From positions 42,575,484-42,639,483 of the forward strand of contig NC_057728.1 of assembly GCF_004010195.1 (NCBI RefSeq): 64,000 nt of DNA, in the 5' to 3' direction. Positions 10,795-25,110 of this stretch are shown here, one piece after another. Every line of letters starts with the position of its first letter. The stretch's first letter is position 1. Source of the DNA: Chiloscyllium plagiosum (lineage: Eukaryota). Under the pieces are notes generated by a model that saw only the letters and a list, made by a program, of their open reading frames with translations, did not search any database and was not told the DNA's origin. The position numbers were made by a program, and so were the translations under genes.

Positions 10795-13725
10795 AAATTC
10801 ATTTGTGGGACTTAGGTATCACTGACTGGCCAGCATTGATGCCCATCCCTATTTGCCCTTAAGAAGGTGATAATGAGCTGCCTTCTTGAATCGCTGCAGT
10901 CCACTTGCTGTGGGTTGACCCACAATGCTGGTAGGGAGGGAATTTCAGGATTTTGACCCAATGACTGTGAAGGAACAGTGGTATATTTCCAAGTCAGGGT
11001 GGTGAGTGGCTTGTAGGTGGTGGTGTTCCCAAATATCTGCTGCCCTTGTCCTTTTAGGTGAAAGTGGTCATGGGTTTGGAAGGTGCTGTCTAAAGATCAT
11101 TGGTGAATTTCTGCAGTGCATCTTGTAGATAGTACACACCGCTGCTACTGAGTGCCGGTGGTGGAGGGATTAAATGTTTGTAGATGTGGTATCAATCAAG
11201 CAGGTTGCTTTATCCTGGATGCTATCAAGCCACTTGAGTGTTGTTGGAGCAGCACTCAACCAGGCAAGCAGCGAGTATTCCATCACACTTCTGAGTTGTG
11301 CCTAGTAGATAGTGGATAGACTTTGGTGTGTTAGGAGGTGAGTTACTCGTCGCAGTATCCCTAGTCTCTGATCTGCTCTTGCAGCTGCCATGGTAATCCC
11401 ATCACTGTTGAATGTCAAGGGGTGGTGGTTAGAGTGCCTCTTTTTAGTGATGGGCATTGTCTGACATTTATGTGACCCAAATGTTACTTGTCACTTGTCG
11501 GCCCAAGCCTGGATATTGTTGCGTTTAAGCACGGACTGCTTGGTATCTGAGGAGTCACAAATGGTAGTGAACACTGTGCAATCATCGGTGAATATCCCCA
11601 CCTCTGACCTTACGACAGAGGGAAGGTCATTGATGAAGCAGCTGGAGATTGTTGGGCCTAGGACACCACCCTGAGGGACTTCTGCAGAGATGTCCTGGAG
11701 CTGAGATGACTGACCCTCCACAACTACAACCATCTTCCTTTGTGCCAGATTTCACTCTAACCAGTGGAGTGTTTGCCCCGATACCCATTGATTCCAGTTT
11801 TGCCAGGGCTCCTTGATGCCATACTCAGTCAAATGCAACCTTGATATCGAGGGCTCTCACTCTCACCTCACCTCTGGAATTCAGCTCTTTTGTCCATGTT
11901 TGAACCAAGGCTGTAATGAGATCAGGAGCTGAGTGACCCTGGCAAAACACAAACTGGGCATCACTGATCAGGTTGTTGTTGAGCAGATGCTGCTTGATAG
12001 CACTGTTGATGACCCCTTCCATCACTTTACTGATGATGGAGAGCAGAGTGATTGAGCAGTAATTGGCTGGGTTTGACTTGTCCTTTTTTATGTACAGGAC
12101 ATACCTGGGCAATATTCCACATTGTTGGGTAGATGACAATGTTGTAACTATACTGGAAGAGCTTGGCTAAGGGAGTGGCAAGTTCTGGAGCACATGTCTT
12201 CAGTGTTATTGCTTGAATTTTATCAGGACCTATTGCCTTTGCAGTATCCAGTGCCTCCAGCTGTTTCTTGATATCACGTGGAGTGAATTGAATTGGCTGG
12301 AGACTGGTATCTGTGATGCTGAGGACCACTGGAGGAGCCCGAGATGGATCATCCACTCGGCACTTCTGACGGAAGATTATTGTGAATGTATCAGCCTTAT
12401 CTTTTGCATTGATATGTTGGCCTCCATCATTAAGGATGGGATATTTGTGGACCTTCCTCCACTAGTGAGTTTTATTGTCCTCCTCCATTCATGACTGGAT
12501 GTGGAAGGACTGCAGAGCTTAGATCTGATCCGCTGGTTGTGGGATCGCTTAGCTCTGTCTATTACTTTCTGTATATGTCACTTGGTATGTAAGTAGTCCT
12601 GTTTGGTAACTTCACCAGGTTGACACCTCATTTTTGGGTCTGCCTGATGCTGCTCCCGGCATGCCTCCTCCACTCTCCATTGAACCAGGATTGATCCCCT
12701 AGCTAGATGGTAATGGTTGAGTGGGGGATATGCCAGGCCATGAGGTTGCAGATTGTGCTGGAGTACAGTTCTGCTGCTGTTGTTGGTTCACGGTGCCTCA
12801 TGGATGCCCAGTCTTGGCTGCTAGATTGGTTCGAAGTCTGTTCAGTTTAGCACGGTGATAATACCATGCAACACAATGGAGGTTATTCTCAATGTGAAGG
12901 CAGGACTTCATCTCCACAAGGACAGTGCGGTGGTCACTTTTACCTATACTGTCATTGGCAGATGCTTCTGCAGCCAGCAGATTAGTAAGGATGAGGTCTC
13001 ATATGTATTTTCCCTGCAGTTGGTTCATTTACCACCTGCTGCAGACCCAGTCTAGTAGTTATATCCGAGCTACTGTTGGCAGTGGACATTGAAATCCCCC
13101 ACCCAGAGTACATTTTGCACCCTTGCCACCCTCAGTGCCTTCCTCCAAGTGTTATTCAACATGGAGGAACACTGATTCATCAGCCGAAGAAAGACAATAC
13201 GTGGTAACCAGTAAGAGATTTTCTTGCCCATGTTTAACCCGATGCCACAAGACGTCATAGGGTCCGGAGTCGATGTCAAGCACTCCCAGGGCAATTCCCT
13301 CCCAACAATATCCCACTGTGCCGCCACCTCTGCTGGGTGGGATAGGGCATATACAGGGATGGTAATGGTAATGGTGGTGTCTGGGGCATGATTCCGTAAG
13401 AGTGACTATGTCAGGCTGTTGCTTGACTAGTCTGTGAGACAGCTCTCCCAATTTCAGCAGTAGCCCTCAGTTGTTGGTAAGAAGGACTTTGCATGGTTGA
13501 CAGGGCTGTTTGTGTTTTTGCCATTGTCTTTTCCAGTTCCAAGGTCGATGCCAGGTCATCTGTCCAGTTTCATTTCTTTGTTGTGACTTTCTCGTGATTG
13601 ATACAACTGAGTGGCTTGCTGGGCCATTTCAAAGGGCATTTGAAAGTCAACCACATTGCTGTGGCTCTGGAGTTACATGTAGGCCAGGCCAGGTAAGGAT
13701 GGCAGATTTCCTTTCCTAAAGGAAT
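10795..13725 (-). mobile_element. Near full-length decayed CR1/L2-group LINE (APE endonuclease + reverse transcriptase)
   Basis: Minus-strand ORF pieces: QPDIVTLTES, RGGG, WVGDFNVH (APE); KKDKSNPANY, LDIKVAFD, VPQGGVLGP, FTDD (RT). Many frameshifts. Confidence 0.9.
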
Positions 13726-14414
13726 TTAGAGAACTTTAAAAAGCATCTTAAGACTGAAGAGGTAGCATCATTTCTGTTCATCACTGCAGTGCTCATTAAA
13801 AACACAACTGACCATTATTGTCGTTGGATATACTAGTTCTATGGCATGTTATAGCTTTCAGTGTCCTTGTACATGATTGGCTCTTTGCTGAACTTCATAG
13901 TGCCTTATTATGAATATAGGTAGGTCTGCCAGGTCCTACAGAAATGATTGATGGTATATTGACTCATGCATTCAGTCAGAATGTATTAAATATTGATCAG
14001 TTTGGCATGCATTGCCACTATTGGTTTACATATAGCATGCACACTGTGACTACACCTGATAAAAGCTCCCAATATTAGGATTTCTTAAACATTCACACAT
14101 TATAGCAGTGCCATTGAGCTACTGTACAAATTTATTTGTGGATGAAGAGCATCGAAAAGCATAATTTGCAAAAATGAAGTATGTTCTCCTCATGCTTCCA
14201 AACTCGGGACTACTGACTCTTGGCAGGAGGGCTTGCATCTTCTCTCATGCAGCAAGAAAATCTTCATCTTCCAAATACCTCAGAAAAAAGAACTTCTGTT
14301 GATGAATGATTGAAGGCAAGGTGGTTCTAGGGAACAAAATAACTTAGTACAAAAATTTATGAGAATCTTAAATGTTAATTGCTTCTAGGAGGAAATAAAA
14401 GCAAGTAACATACA

Positions 14415-15245
14415 TAAAGATGGAGTTTAATTTGGATAAATTTGGATAAATGTGAGATATTGCATTTTGGTAAAACAAACAAGGACAGGACTTATACAAT
14501 TAAAACTAGGGGCTTGGGTAGTGCTGAAGAATAGAGAGACCAAAGTGTTCATATACATAATTCGTTGGAGTTTGCGCCACCAATAGACAGGGTGGTTAAG
14601 AATGCACTTAGCACGCTTGCCTCCATTGCTTAGACTTTTGAGCGTAGGAGAGGGGACGTTATGTTAAGGTTGTACAGGATGCTGGTGAGGCCTCTTCTGG
14701 AGTATTGTATTCAGTTCTAGTTCACCCTGTTATAGGAAGGATATTATTAAGTCGGAGAGGGGTCAAAAGAGATTTACCAGGATGTCGCCAGGAATGGAGG
14801 GTTTGAGTTATGGGGAGAGGCTGGATGGGTTGGGATCATTTTCACCGGAGTGTAGGAAGTTGAGGGGTGACTTTATAGAGGTTTATACAATCATGAGGGT
14901 TGTAGATAAGGTGAGTGACCAGTATCTTTTCCCTAGAGTGGGGGATTTCAAGACTGAGGGGCATATTTTTAAGGTGAAAGGAGGAAGGTTTAAAAAAGAC
15001 ATGAGGGACAATTGTTTTACACAGACAGTGGTTTAACTGTGGAATGAACTTCCAAAGGAAGTGGTGGTTGCAGCTACTATTACAACATTTAACAGATATT
15101 TGGATAAGCACATGAATAAGAAATATTTGGAGGGATATGGGCAAGTGCAGGCAGGTGGGACTAGTTTAGTTTGGGATTATGGTCGGCATGGACTTGTTGG
15201 ACTGAAGAGGCTGTTTCTGTGCTGTATGACTCCATGACTCTATGT
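14415..15245 (+). mobile_element. CR1 LINE 3' fragment
   Basis: ORF 14782..15036 (GLSYGERLDGLG..LRGDFIEVY). Ends in tgactccatgactctatg tail. Confidence 0.85.
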
Positions 15246-15849
15246 TTAATGAAGCACTGAATTACTCATGCCTTAACTTTGCGATGTCTCTTCAATGATC
15301 TTTAATATTCTTCCTGTTAGCAATCCCAGATATGGTTTATTATGTAATGTGATTTATGTCAGATATCCTGCAAATCAGAAAGGCTCAAAATGGCATCAAA
15401 GATCATCAAGTCTCCAAATTAATGTCTAAGCAAAGTGCTTGCTAGTTTGACCCAACTGCCTATCTATGTCTGCTTTTTTCCATCACACTCTGAAAATAAT
15501 GGTGTTCCAGTAAGACATTTTGCTGCTATCTGACTAATTGTGTAGCAAGAGACAGTGAAGAGTGGAAAACTCAGGCCACTTGGTGAGGCTGCCAGATTTT
15601 GTATTGTTGTGTAATGTAACAAGCAATAATGGGAGGTGAGCCAAACACATTTTTCTTTGAATCTTTGAAAGTAATAGATAAAGGAAAAAGACATATAACA
15701 GCAGGATAGGAAGACTCCTGTTAAGTATGAACACTGCTTGGCCAGTTGATATTGCATTGATTTTGTATTGTAGATTCTATGTAATCTGATGTAAATAATA
15801 CTTAAGTGGAAGGTTTACAATATTCAGTATTTTAGCACGTTGTATTTGT

Positions 15850-15935
15850 GACACAGTGGTAGTGTTCCTATTTCTGATTCTGAAGGTCCTGGTTCAAGTC
15901 CCACCTGCTGCAGAGGTCCGAACAGGCTGATTAGA
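15850..15935 (+). mobile_element. Short tRNA-like SINE fragment (related minus-strand copy at ~59545-59650)
   Basis: cagtggtagtgt A-box and ggttcaagtccc B-box. Confidence 0.5.
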
Positions 15936-16484
15936 CGACAGATACATCAACATGAGATATTTTAATTTATTTAGGCCAGGTCTTTAAAGATGGTGTAGTT
16001 TCCTTTCTTGTCACATGAGGAGTCAGTGGTGAACGCAATGCAATTGATAATGGTTGCTCCACAGCCAGTTAATGCACCAAGGTGCTCTCTAGTCCCAGAA
16101 CAACCAGAAGCTGCAGTGGAAAGGATGAAGTCTTGACATTAAGTGTCAAGAATCCATAATCATGTGAGTGTCAGCATGCCAGGACAGGAAGGGAAAATGA
16201 GGCTTGGGGGTTTTGTGGCTGGGATGGTGTGTGGATGTTAGTGGAGAGGCCAGAGTGGGGAAGGATTATCCACATGGGACTCACTTGTGGGAGGAAGGGT
16301 GACCAATGTTGGAAGATTGTTGATGGAGATGTCCATCGCTCCTTCTTTCAGGTATGAGCAGGGTCCCTTTGTGGGAACCCTCCAAGCCTGACTTCCTTCT
16401 AGAAATTGAGATGGGGTCTGAAACAGTCCTTCAGTGGTCTTGATTGATCATTTAAATGTCTCAATTAGGGCAAAAGTAGTTAGA

Positions 16485-17105
16485 TCGGCTGGCATTATTT
16501 CAAAGGGAATGTACTATACAAACAGGGATGTCTTGTGAAACTCTTCAAGGCACTGGTCACACCACAGTTGGAATACTCTAAACAGTTTCAATCCCCTTGT
16601 TGAATGAAGGATACACTGCTTTTGGAGGTAGTTCAGAAAAGGCTCACTTGGTTGATTCTGAATTTGAAATGAGTTTGTTATGAGGAGAAATTAGGTTGCA
16701 TGGGCTTAAAATCATTGATTTTTTAGAAGAATGAGAGAACACCAATTGAAACACACAAGATTCTTCGGCAACTTGACAGGGTAGATGCAGAAAGGCTACT
16801 TCCTCCTACAGGTCACTCCAGGACTGAGGGCATCATATCGGAGTAGGGGATCACACAATTAAGACACAGTGAGGAATTTCTTCTTTGCCAGATATGTGAA
16901 TCTGTGGAATTTTTTTAATCACACAGGTTGGGGTATTAATTCTAATCAAGGCTGAGATAGATGTTTAATCATTAAGGGGATCAAAGATTATGGAGATAAA
17001 GCAAGAAAATGGCGGGAGGATTATTAGACCAGCCATGATCTCGTTGAATAGTATAGCAGTCTCAATGGGCTGAATGGCCTATTTCTGCTCTTACATCATA
17101 AGGCT
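16485..17105 (+). mobile_element. Old CR1 LINE 3' fragment
   Basis: Decayed ALVTPQLEY coding region and gggctgaatggcctatttctgctc tail. Confidence 0.7.
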
Positions 17106-17332
17106 TAGGTATTTTTGGGCCACTGAAAATTGTGCAGAGGTCAGGGAAGGTGGTAGCCCAGTACAAAGGTGACCGAGGGAAATTGAGCTCTGAGTACATG
17201 TGCAACTATAATACTGCGTTCTTAGTCACACTTGTAACACAAAATATATTTACATTTATATTCATGCACAACATTTTTATTTGCTGCATTAACCGTTTCT
17301 CTAATAATTTGTACTTTATTATAATATTACAG

Positions 17333-17611
17333 AATTGCCTGTTGTTTCGCTTGAGTCTGCTGAAAGACCCAATTACTTCATACACGTTGGTGAAGATGAT
17401 AATCTTCACTTAGAGCAATGGGAAGACAATCAACGTTTCCACAAGGATGCTTCATTTATCCATCACAGAAGCAATTGGATCCCAGGCTACAGTACATTTG
17501 AACTCTACAGCAGGAAGGGCTTTTTTATCACTTTGACACCATCGGCTGTTAAAGTAGTACAGTATGACTATTCTGAATCATTTAAACTTTCAAGCAGCTT
17601 TAGAATTGAAG
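17333..17611 (+). CDS. OTOGL: OTOGL exon, AbfB-like domain: KLPVVSLESAERPNYFIHV...SSSFRIE
   Basis: Acceptor ttacag|AA, donor GAAG|gtaagt, phase 1-1. Matches ORF 17335..17619. Confidence 0.93.
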
Positions 17612-17949
17612 GTAAGTGACCAAAGGTGTATTTGATTCACTGAGTCTGAACAAAAACTGGAATGGCCATGTTTCATGGAAGAAACTCTGAAGATTTTTGT
17701 AACAGGGTTTTGCATCCTTGGAGCCATGTGTTCACAGAGGAATCTAGAAATGGAATCTTCACCTCTGAGAAGATTCTTGGGCATTGGGACCATATGTCAG
17801 CCCTGAACCTAATGGTTTCAAAGGTGAGATTGAAACCTAATGGCTTCAAAGGTCAGCCTGTGTGATTGTCCCAGAGCTGACCAAGGAAAGGGCTGCTTTG
17901 GAAGCTCCACCCATTTTTCAAATAGCTGAGAAGGGTCAGTTTTTGTTCA

Positions 17950-20275
17950 ATGTGGGTTTCTTGACACAGTATGTTGATAGATCAACAAGAAATGAGGCCA
18001 CATTGGATTTGGTACTGGGTAATGAACCAGGCCAGCTGTTAGATTTAGAGGAAGGTAAACACTTTGGTGATAGTGACCACAATTTCGTTAGGTTTATTTT
18101 AGTGATGGGAAGGGATAGTTATATACTGCAGGGCAAGAGCTATAGCTGGGGAAAAGGCAATTATAATGCAATTAGGCAAGATTTAGGATACAAAGGATGG
18201 GGAAGGAAACTGCAGGGAATGGGCACAATTGAAATGTGGAGCTTGTACAAGGAACAGCTACTGTGTGTCCTTGTTAAGTATGTACCTGTCAGGCAGGGAG
18301 GAAGTGGTCGAGCGAGGGAACTGTGGTTTACTGAGGAAGTTGAATCTCTTATCAAGAGGAAGAAGGAGGCATACGTAAAAATGAGATGTGAAGGCTCGAG
18401 TTAGCCAGGAAGGACCTAAAGGGAGTGTTAAGACGAGCTTGGAGGGGATATGAGAAGTGTTTGGCAGGTTGGATCAAGGAAAAGCCTAAAGCTTTCGATA
18501 GGTATATCAGGAATAAAAGAATGACTAGAGTAAGATTAAGGCCTGTCAAGTAGTGGGAAGTTGTGCATGGCTTCCGAAGAGATAGCAGAGGCACTAAGTG
18601 AATATTTTTTGTCAGTATTCACACAGGAAAAAGTTAATGTTGTCAAGGAGAATACTGAGATATAGGCTATTAGACTAGATAGAATTGAGGTTCATAAGGA
18701 GGAAGTGTCAGCAATTCTGGAAAGTGAGAAAATAGATAAGTCCTTTGAGCCAAATGGGATTTATCCTATGATTCTCTGGGAAGCTAGGGAGGAGATTGCA
18801 GAGCCTTTGGCTTTCATCTTTATGTCATCATTGTTGACAGGAATAGTGTCAGAAGACTGGAGGATAGCAAATGTTGTCCCCTTGTTCAAGAAGGGGAGTG
18901 GAGACAAACTTGGTAATTATAGCCCATTGAGCCTTACTTTGGTTGTGGGTAAAGTGTTGGAAAGGATGATAAGAGATAGGACTTATAATTATCTAGAAAG
19001 GAATAATTTGACTAGGGATAGTCAACACGGTTTCGTGAAGGGTAAGTTGTATCTCACACAGCTTATTGAGTTCTTTGAGGAGGTGACCGAAAAGGTGGAT
19101 GAGGGGGAAACCGTTGATGTGGTGTATATGGATTTCAGTAAAGTTTTTGGTAAGGTTCCTCATGGTAGGCCACTGCAGAAAATACAGAGGCATAGGATTA
19201 AGAGTGATTTAGCAGTTTTGGTCAGAAATTGGCTAGCTGAAATAGACAAAAGGTGGTGGTTGATGGGAAATGTTCATCCTGGAGTTCAGTTATGAGTGGT
19301 GTACCGCAAGGTTCTGTTTTGAGGTTCTGTTTTTATAAATGACCTGAATGAGGGCGTAGAAGGATGGGTTAATAAATTTGTGGATGACACAAAAGTCATT
19401 GGAGTTGTGGACAGTGCAGAAGGATGTTGTAGGTTACAGAGAGACGTAGATAAGCTGCAGAGCTGGGCTGAGAGGTGGCAAATGGAGTTTAATGCAGAAA
19501 AGTGTGAAGTGATTCATTTTGGAAGGAGTAACAGGAATACAGAGTACTGGGCTAATGGTAAGATTCTTGGAAGTGTGGATGAGCGGAGAGATCTTGGTGT
19601 CCATGTGCTTAGATCGCTGAAATTTGCCACCCAGGTTGATAGGGTTGTTAAGAAGACGTACGGTGTGTTTGCTTTTATTGGTAGGGGGACTGAGTTTCAG
19701 AGCCATGAGGTTATGTTACAGCTAGACAAAACTCTGGTGTGGCCACACTTGGAATATTGTGTACAGTTCTGGTTGCTGCATTATAGGAAGAACGTGGAAG
19801 CATTGGAAAAGCTGCAGAGGAGATTTATCAGGATGTTGACTGGTATGGAGGGAAGGTCTGATGAGGAAAAGCTGAGGGCGTTGAGGCTGCTTTCATTAGA
19901 GAGAAGAAGGTCAAAAGGTGACTTAATAGAGACATACAAGATGATCAAATGATTAGATATGGTGAACAGTGAGAGCCTTTTTTCTTGGATGGTGATGGCT
20001 AGCACAAGGGGACATAGCTTTAAATTGAGAGGTGATAGATAAAGGACAGATGTCAGAGGTAGGTTCTTTACTCAGATAGTAGTAAGGTTGTGGAATGCCC
20101 TGTCTGCAACATTAGTAAACTTGCCAACTTTAAGGGCATTTAAATGGTCATTGGATAAATATATGGATGATAATGGAATAGTTTAGATTAGATGGACTTC
20201 AGTCTGGTTTCACAGGTTGGCGCAACATCGAGGGTTGAAGGGCCTATACTGCGCTATATTGTTCTATGTTCTATC
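17950..20275 (+). mobile_element. 5'-truncated CR1 LINE ORF2 (end of endonuclease, RT), frameshifted
   Basis: ORFs 17862, 18705 and 19380: [52 protein letters not shown]. Ends in gttctatgttctat. Confidence 0.92.
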
Positions 20276-23200
20276 CAGTTAGAGATGACAAGCAGGCTGC
20301 ATCGGTGGTGGATCAATTGGCGTACCTGAGGTTTTGAATTGCTGGCAGCCCCAAATAGAGAGGTGGGCACTGCCACTCAGTAGGTGATTCCCTTCACCAA
20401 TGTTCTGTGACTGCGAAGTAAGGCCTGGAACCTGTACTTCTGGTGAAAGGTGGGATGTAATTAAAGGTGATAGTACTGGTCCCCCAGCTGGGCTTTGGGC
20501 ACAGCCAGGAAGATCCCAGCAACATCACCAATTTTCCTTTGTGGGCATTTCTAGGTGTGGCCTATGTATGGAGTAGAATTTATGCAGACAGAGGGTTAAT
20601 GGTTTGGTATAAAAGATTGAAGTGATGTTGACATTTTCTATGTTTGCGTATAACTCATGCCCATAATTCTGCAACCTTTTAAACCGAAGTACGTATTTGC
20701 GCTCACCTTCCAGCTGCAGAGGGAACCCCAGTTTTGGGAGGTTATTGAAACATAGAAGAGACATCAACAATCAGCAGATATTATATACCATTTTTGAACA
20801 AAGTTAGCAATATATACTATAGGGCCTGTTCCACTGGGCTGTACTCAATACATAGTACTTCAAGGCAGAACAAAAAATAATTCTTATATAATAAAGACTT
20901 GAATATTACTGTTATATTAACAACCAGTTTAAGACTATCAATATCACAAATATAGCTCACTGATTCTTGCTAAAGCTACATAATATAAGTCGTGGCCTGC
21001 AGACCAAAAACATATCTAAGTATTGTGCCCCTTTTCAATTAAACAGTCATTTCCAGATAATGTTTTCATGATAACACCTTGATCTGTCCCTTTTCTTTTG
21101 GAAATTTGGTATTCTTGGTTTTGCCCTGATGAGTGCAAGACCAAATCTTTCAACAGCATGTCACTTTTTCTCAGCAATACTCAATGCTTTATGCCAATTA
21201 TGACAGAACAAAAATGCAGCCAGGAACATCCATTTTCCCTACAAGCCATGGCCAGAATTCTGGGTTCAAAGATTAGTGTAAGTCAATGTTTGATGAATTA
21301 TTTGACCACAGAAATATCAAAACAAAGTCCATTTCTTGCTGGTGTCCACACTTGCAAATTTTGTAGCAGTTATTAATAGATTGTGATCAGAAGCTGGAGG
21401 AGGGAAACAGATATCAATTGTAGCAACTCCCACTGTTGCATAATTGATATCAGCTAACTCAGCAATGATCAGTGATACAACCTTAAAGTCTTTTGACTGC
21501 CCATCTCAGCATCACAACAAATTAAACCTTGAATTACTGAGCCAGATCTTGAATGTTGCAATAACACAACATGAATGAATAAACATCTGCTCCTGATGGA
21601 AAATACTTCATCTATTAGAAGAAAATGTGACATTCAATATGTAGAGTTAGTTTATCTTTAATTAACTGATTTTTAGTTCTGTTGACTATAAAGCATAACA
21701 AATGTATCTTAAGCAGTCTCTAACAAAATGTGTGAATTTTATCTGGAAAATTGTGAAGTATGTAATCATATATCAGCAGTGAGTGGCTAAGAGGAAATAT
21801 AACCAATGAACCAGCAGTAGGCTATTAATGTTCATTATATTAACTTTCCATCTTTAAAAATGTAAATTAATGTATTTACTTAATATAATACTATATTCCA
21901 AATCTGTGCAGTAGTAGATGATTAGTATTACAATGTTGATTCCAGAGCATTCCACAAAATTCCTGTTTAATTTTATTTATTGAATTGAAATGTAGTTTCC
22001 ATCAAATCTTGGCCTGTTTTAAATGCTGGAAGAGAGTACTACATCCTTCTTTTGAAATTTCACATTCTTTAGTATTCGTCTTTCTTGTCTATAAGTTTAT
22101 CCAGCCTTCAGCATATTTCTTGCTTACTTACAATGTACACATTGCAAAAATAGATTTCAGGTGAGAAACAGAAAATTACATGAATTCATCATCATTAGGA
22201 CTTAATGACTGGCAAAAGGTAAAGTTCCAGACCATGACATTTCTTTTATATGACTGTGGATGCCATAGACATTCCTAACATTCTGATCAATGGATGTATG
22301 TTTTCAAGAGAGAGGAAATGTGTATGTTTTAATTGTTGTTTACCATAAGATAATATAAAAACAATGTGCATGCAATTTCAACTGACGTCTTTGAGTATCT
22401 TGTCAAATTTATGACCTCTTCAAATAGCAACTATTTGTCATCTCTGTAGGACTGCAGAGGCTGTTACCCTTGTTTTCTTTTGACCAACTTATAGTGTTAG
22501 AATTTAGTCCTACATGAGGCATAATAAAGGTTGTAAAGCAAATAGTGGCATGAACATCTAGTAATTAGATATTACTATATAAAATAATGTTTTTCCTTAT
22601 TGTGGAAACTTAATTGGGCAATGGACTGTGTGCATTATCATTGGCAACCAAATAATCCTGAAGTGATGGAATGTAATAGGAGATGCCTTACAAGTCAGAG
22701 ATACTGTCCTGAAACTAAAGCTGGTCAAACAGAGCCCAACCAAGAACTATTGGAACAATGCTCTCTTCATGGCTGTTTTGCTGCATAGATTTAGCCCTTG
22801 AATTTTACTCATGACCCCCTGAATATAAAGAGTCAGCTAATACTCTAAAGGGGAAAAGGTTGTGCTGTTCACGGAAGTTGCCTGTAACTATATCTTCTAA
22901 CTGGCACAGCTGTCTACATAGTGGGATAAGGAAAATATTTCACTGCCCAGATTCAGAAAGTGCAAAATTTACTCCTAATAAAATCAACTAACATGGGTAG
23001 TTAGGTTTATTGAACAATCTTATTTTATTTATCTTCTGAGCTCTTGCTATTTGTGCAATATTGCATTTTCAAAGTAATAAGAAATACATTTCAGTGAAGT
23101 GCATTTACTCATCTGTAGAACAGATTAGAATGAGGACAGATAATTAACCAGTCAGTTGATGTTGTGCAATTCATTTCGATTTCTAATCTTAAGAAATTTT

Positions 23201-24487
23201 TTTTAAGAACCTCTATTTATTAAGGCAAGGATACTTTAGAGTGGGATTTCATATGTATGCTTTTAATTGGTATCGTAATGCACTGCATATATGGAGAAGA
23301 AATGTTAACTTTAACCAATACTGATCACATTAGATTCAAAGATTATGCATGAACTCCTGTGCATTGTAGCAACTGTGCGGCAACAGAAATCCTAATGGCA
23401 GTTTCCATAGTATCACATTACCTCTATTCTTGCCCTTTTGCTGGTCTTAGTGTGTTACTGGCAATAAAATATGTTCTTGAGGTCGTCTGCCGACAGATTT
23501 AATTCCTGCACTTGAACAGCTGAAGGAACAAATACATTTAAGTCCTTCAGTTTTTTTTCATTTGTGCCACATTAAATCTTTTATGGAATCGATATTTTTC
23601 ATTAGACTGAAGATTGTAAATTCAGATTTTCTTGTTTATTTTGATATCGTTAACTCACCTAGAAGTCAATAAATGGAGCACTTCACTACATCTGAAGGGG
23701 CTGAGGAAGTGGTATGGCAGTCTTACTCATAGATATATAGGGTACCAACCAGGCATACAATGAGTTTATGTAAGTCCCTAGATGGAGCGCTAAAAAATGA
23801 GGAGGATATGAAGACTGTGCCCATTGCATTTCCACTGCTGATTTGCTAACAGAGTGAAGGGCAGCAGCTTGTTTATCTACTGACCAGAGGTGTGCACCAA
23901 ATGAAGGTAATTAACGGAGCCAATGCAAGCCATCACCCCAGGTTTAAAGCATTTTGTCAGCAGCAAAGCATCCCCCTGCCATGTAGGGAGGTCACCTGTT
24001 GCATGGAAGCATTCTCCCAATAGATTCTCGGACTGAGATTGGGACTCAGTAATGATCATATTCAGAGGGCCATGGTCCAAGGAGTTGCAAGATTTTAAAA
24101 GTGTATTTGGTTGAATCCCAAATAAGAGCAAACATTTGTCATTGCCTCAAATAAGGCCACCCTTCAGGACTAGCAAGTCTGCAAAACCTTTGCTGAGACT
24201 GTAAAGCTGCCAACATCTGGAATTGGCCTCATGAAGAGCTAGCCTCCATCCTTAACTGGGTGACACACCTTGTAATTGCTTCCCAACTGGGAACTGCTGT
24301 GAGGGTTTCCGCCATACAGGATGATTCCATTGGCTGTCCTCTGGGTTTGAAGGCCACATCAGGTCTCATGACATGCCTGCAAACTCTCTGCATCTCAGAA
24401 TTATGTAGTTGTTTTCTATATAAATAATACTGTTTTTCTTTCAGTCATCCTGATGAAGTGAAAATCATGTCTTCCATATTACATATA

Positions 24488-24658
24488 CAGAGAAAACTCG
24501 ATTATCTGGCATTTGATTATCCATCTATTGGATTATCTGGAAAGATCGCAAGGTCCCGATGCTCGGCTAAACTATGTTATCTGGCATTCAATCATCCGGA
24601 ATTCGATTAACCGAACAAAATACTGCCCACCCGTGTCATTCGGACAATCAAGGTTCCT
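24488..24658. mobile_element. Tc1/mariner (pogo/Tigger-like) MITE
   Basis: TA|CAGAGAAAACTCGATTATCTG at left and an imperfect inverted CGGACAATCAAGGTTCCT at right, with internal gattatc subrepeats. Right end truncated. Confidence 0.6.
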
Positions 24659-24669
24659 AATGCCCCCGA

Positions 24670-25110
24670 GTGCCAAATTTTTGCCCAGTCATTAAACCTG
24701 TTTATTCTTCTGCAAATTTCTTACATCTTTACAGCATACTATTCTACCTATCTTTGTGATATCTTCCATTTTAACTGCAGAATTTTCACTCATAACATCT
24801 AATTCATTGCTGCAAGTTGTTAAAAATTGGGTCCTCTGCCTAGGTCCTTGTGGGGCTCCACTCATTATATCATGCCAAACAGTCAATAGATGTATTGATG
24901 TAAACTCTGTTTTTGCCAGCTAACCAATCTTCCCTCCAGGACACCCTAACAAATGCCTTTTGAAAATCTAAGTACAGTATTTTTTTACAGGCTACCTTTA
25001 CCTACAACACATGTCACTCCTTCAAAGAAAACATGAATTCCCTTTGACAAAATCATTCTGCCCCTTACGATTACTTTGAGAGTTTCCACGTACCTGGCCA
25101 TAACCTCTTT
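24670..25110 (-). mobile_element. Old CR1 RT fragment
   Basis: ORF 24692..24886 (SGAPQGP...KMEDITKIG) is a decayed GVPQGS/FADDTK region. Confidence 0.55.

Noticed and set aside
17333..17611. Horizontally acquired arabinofuranosidase-B domain gene
   Set aside because: The AbfB-like domain is a known part of otogelin-family proteins and is spliced in frame with the other exons.
24488..24658. CRISPR-like short repeat array (gattatc repeats)
   Set aside because: Irregular short subrepeats inside a TIR-bounded MITE in a vertebrate intron, with no repeat-spacer periodicity.
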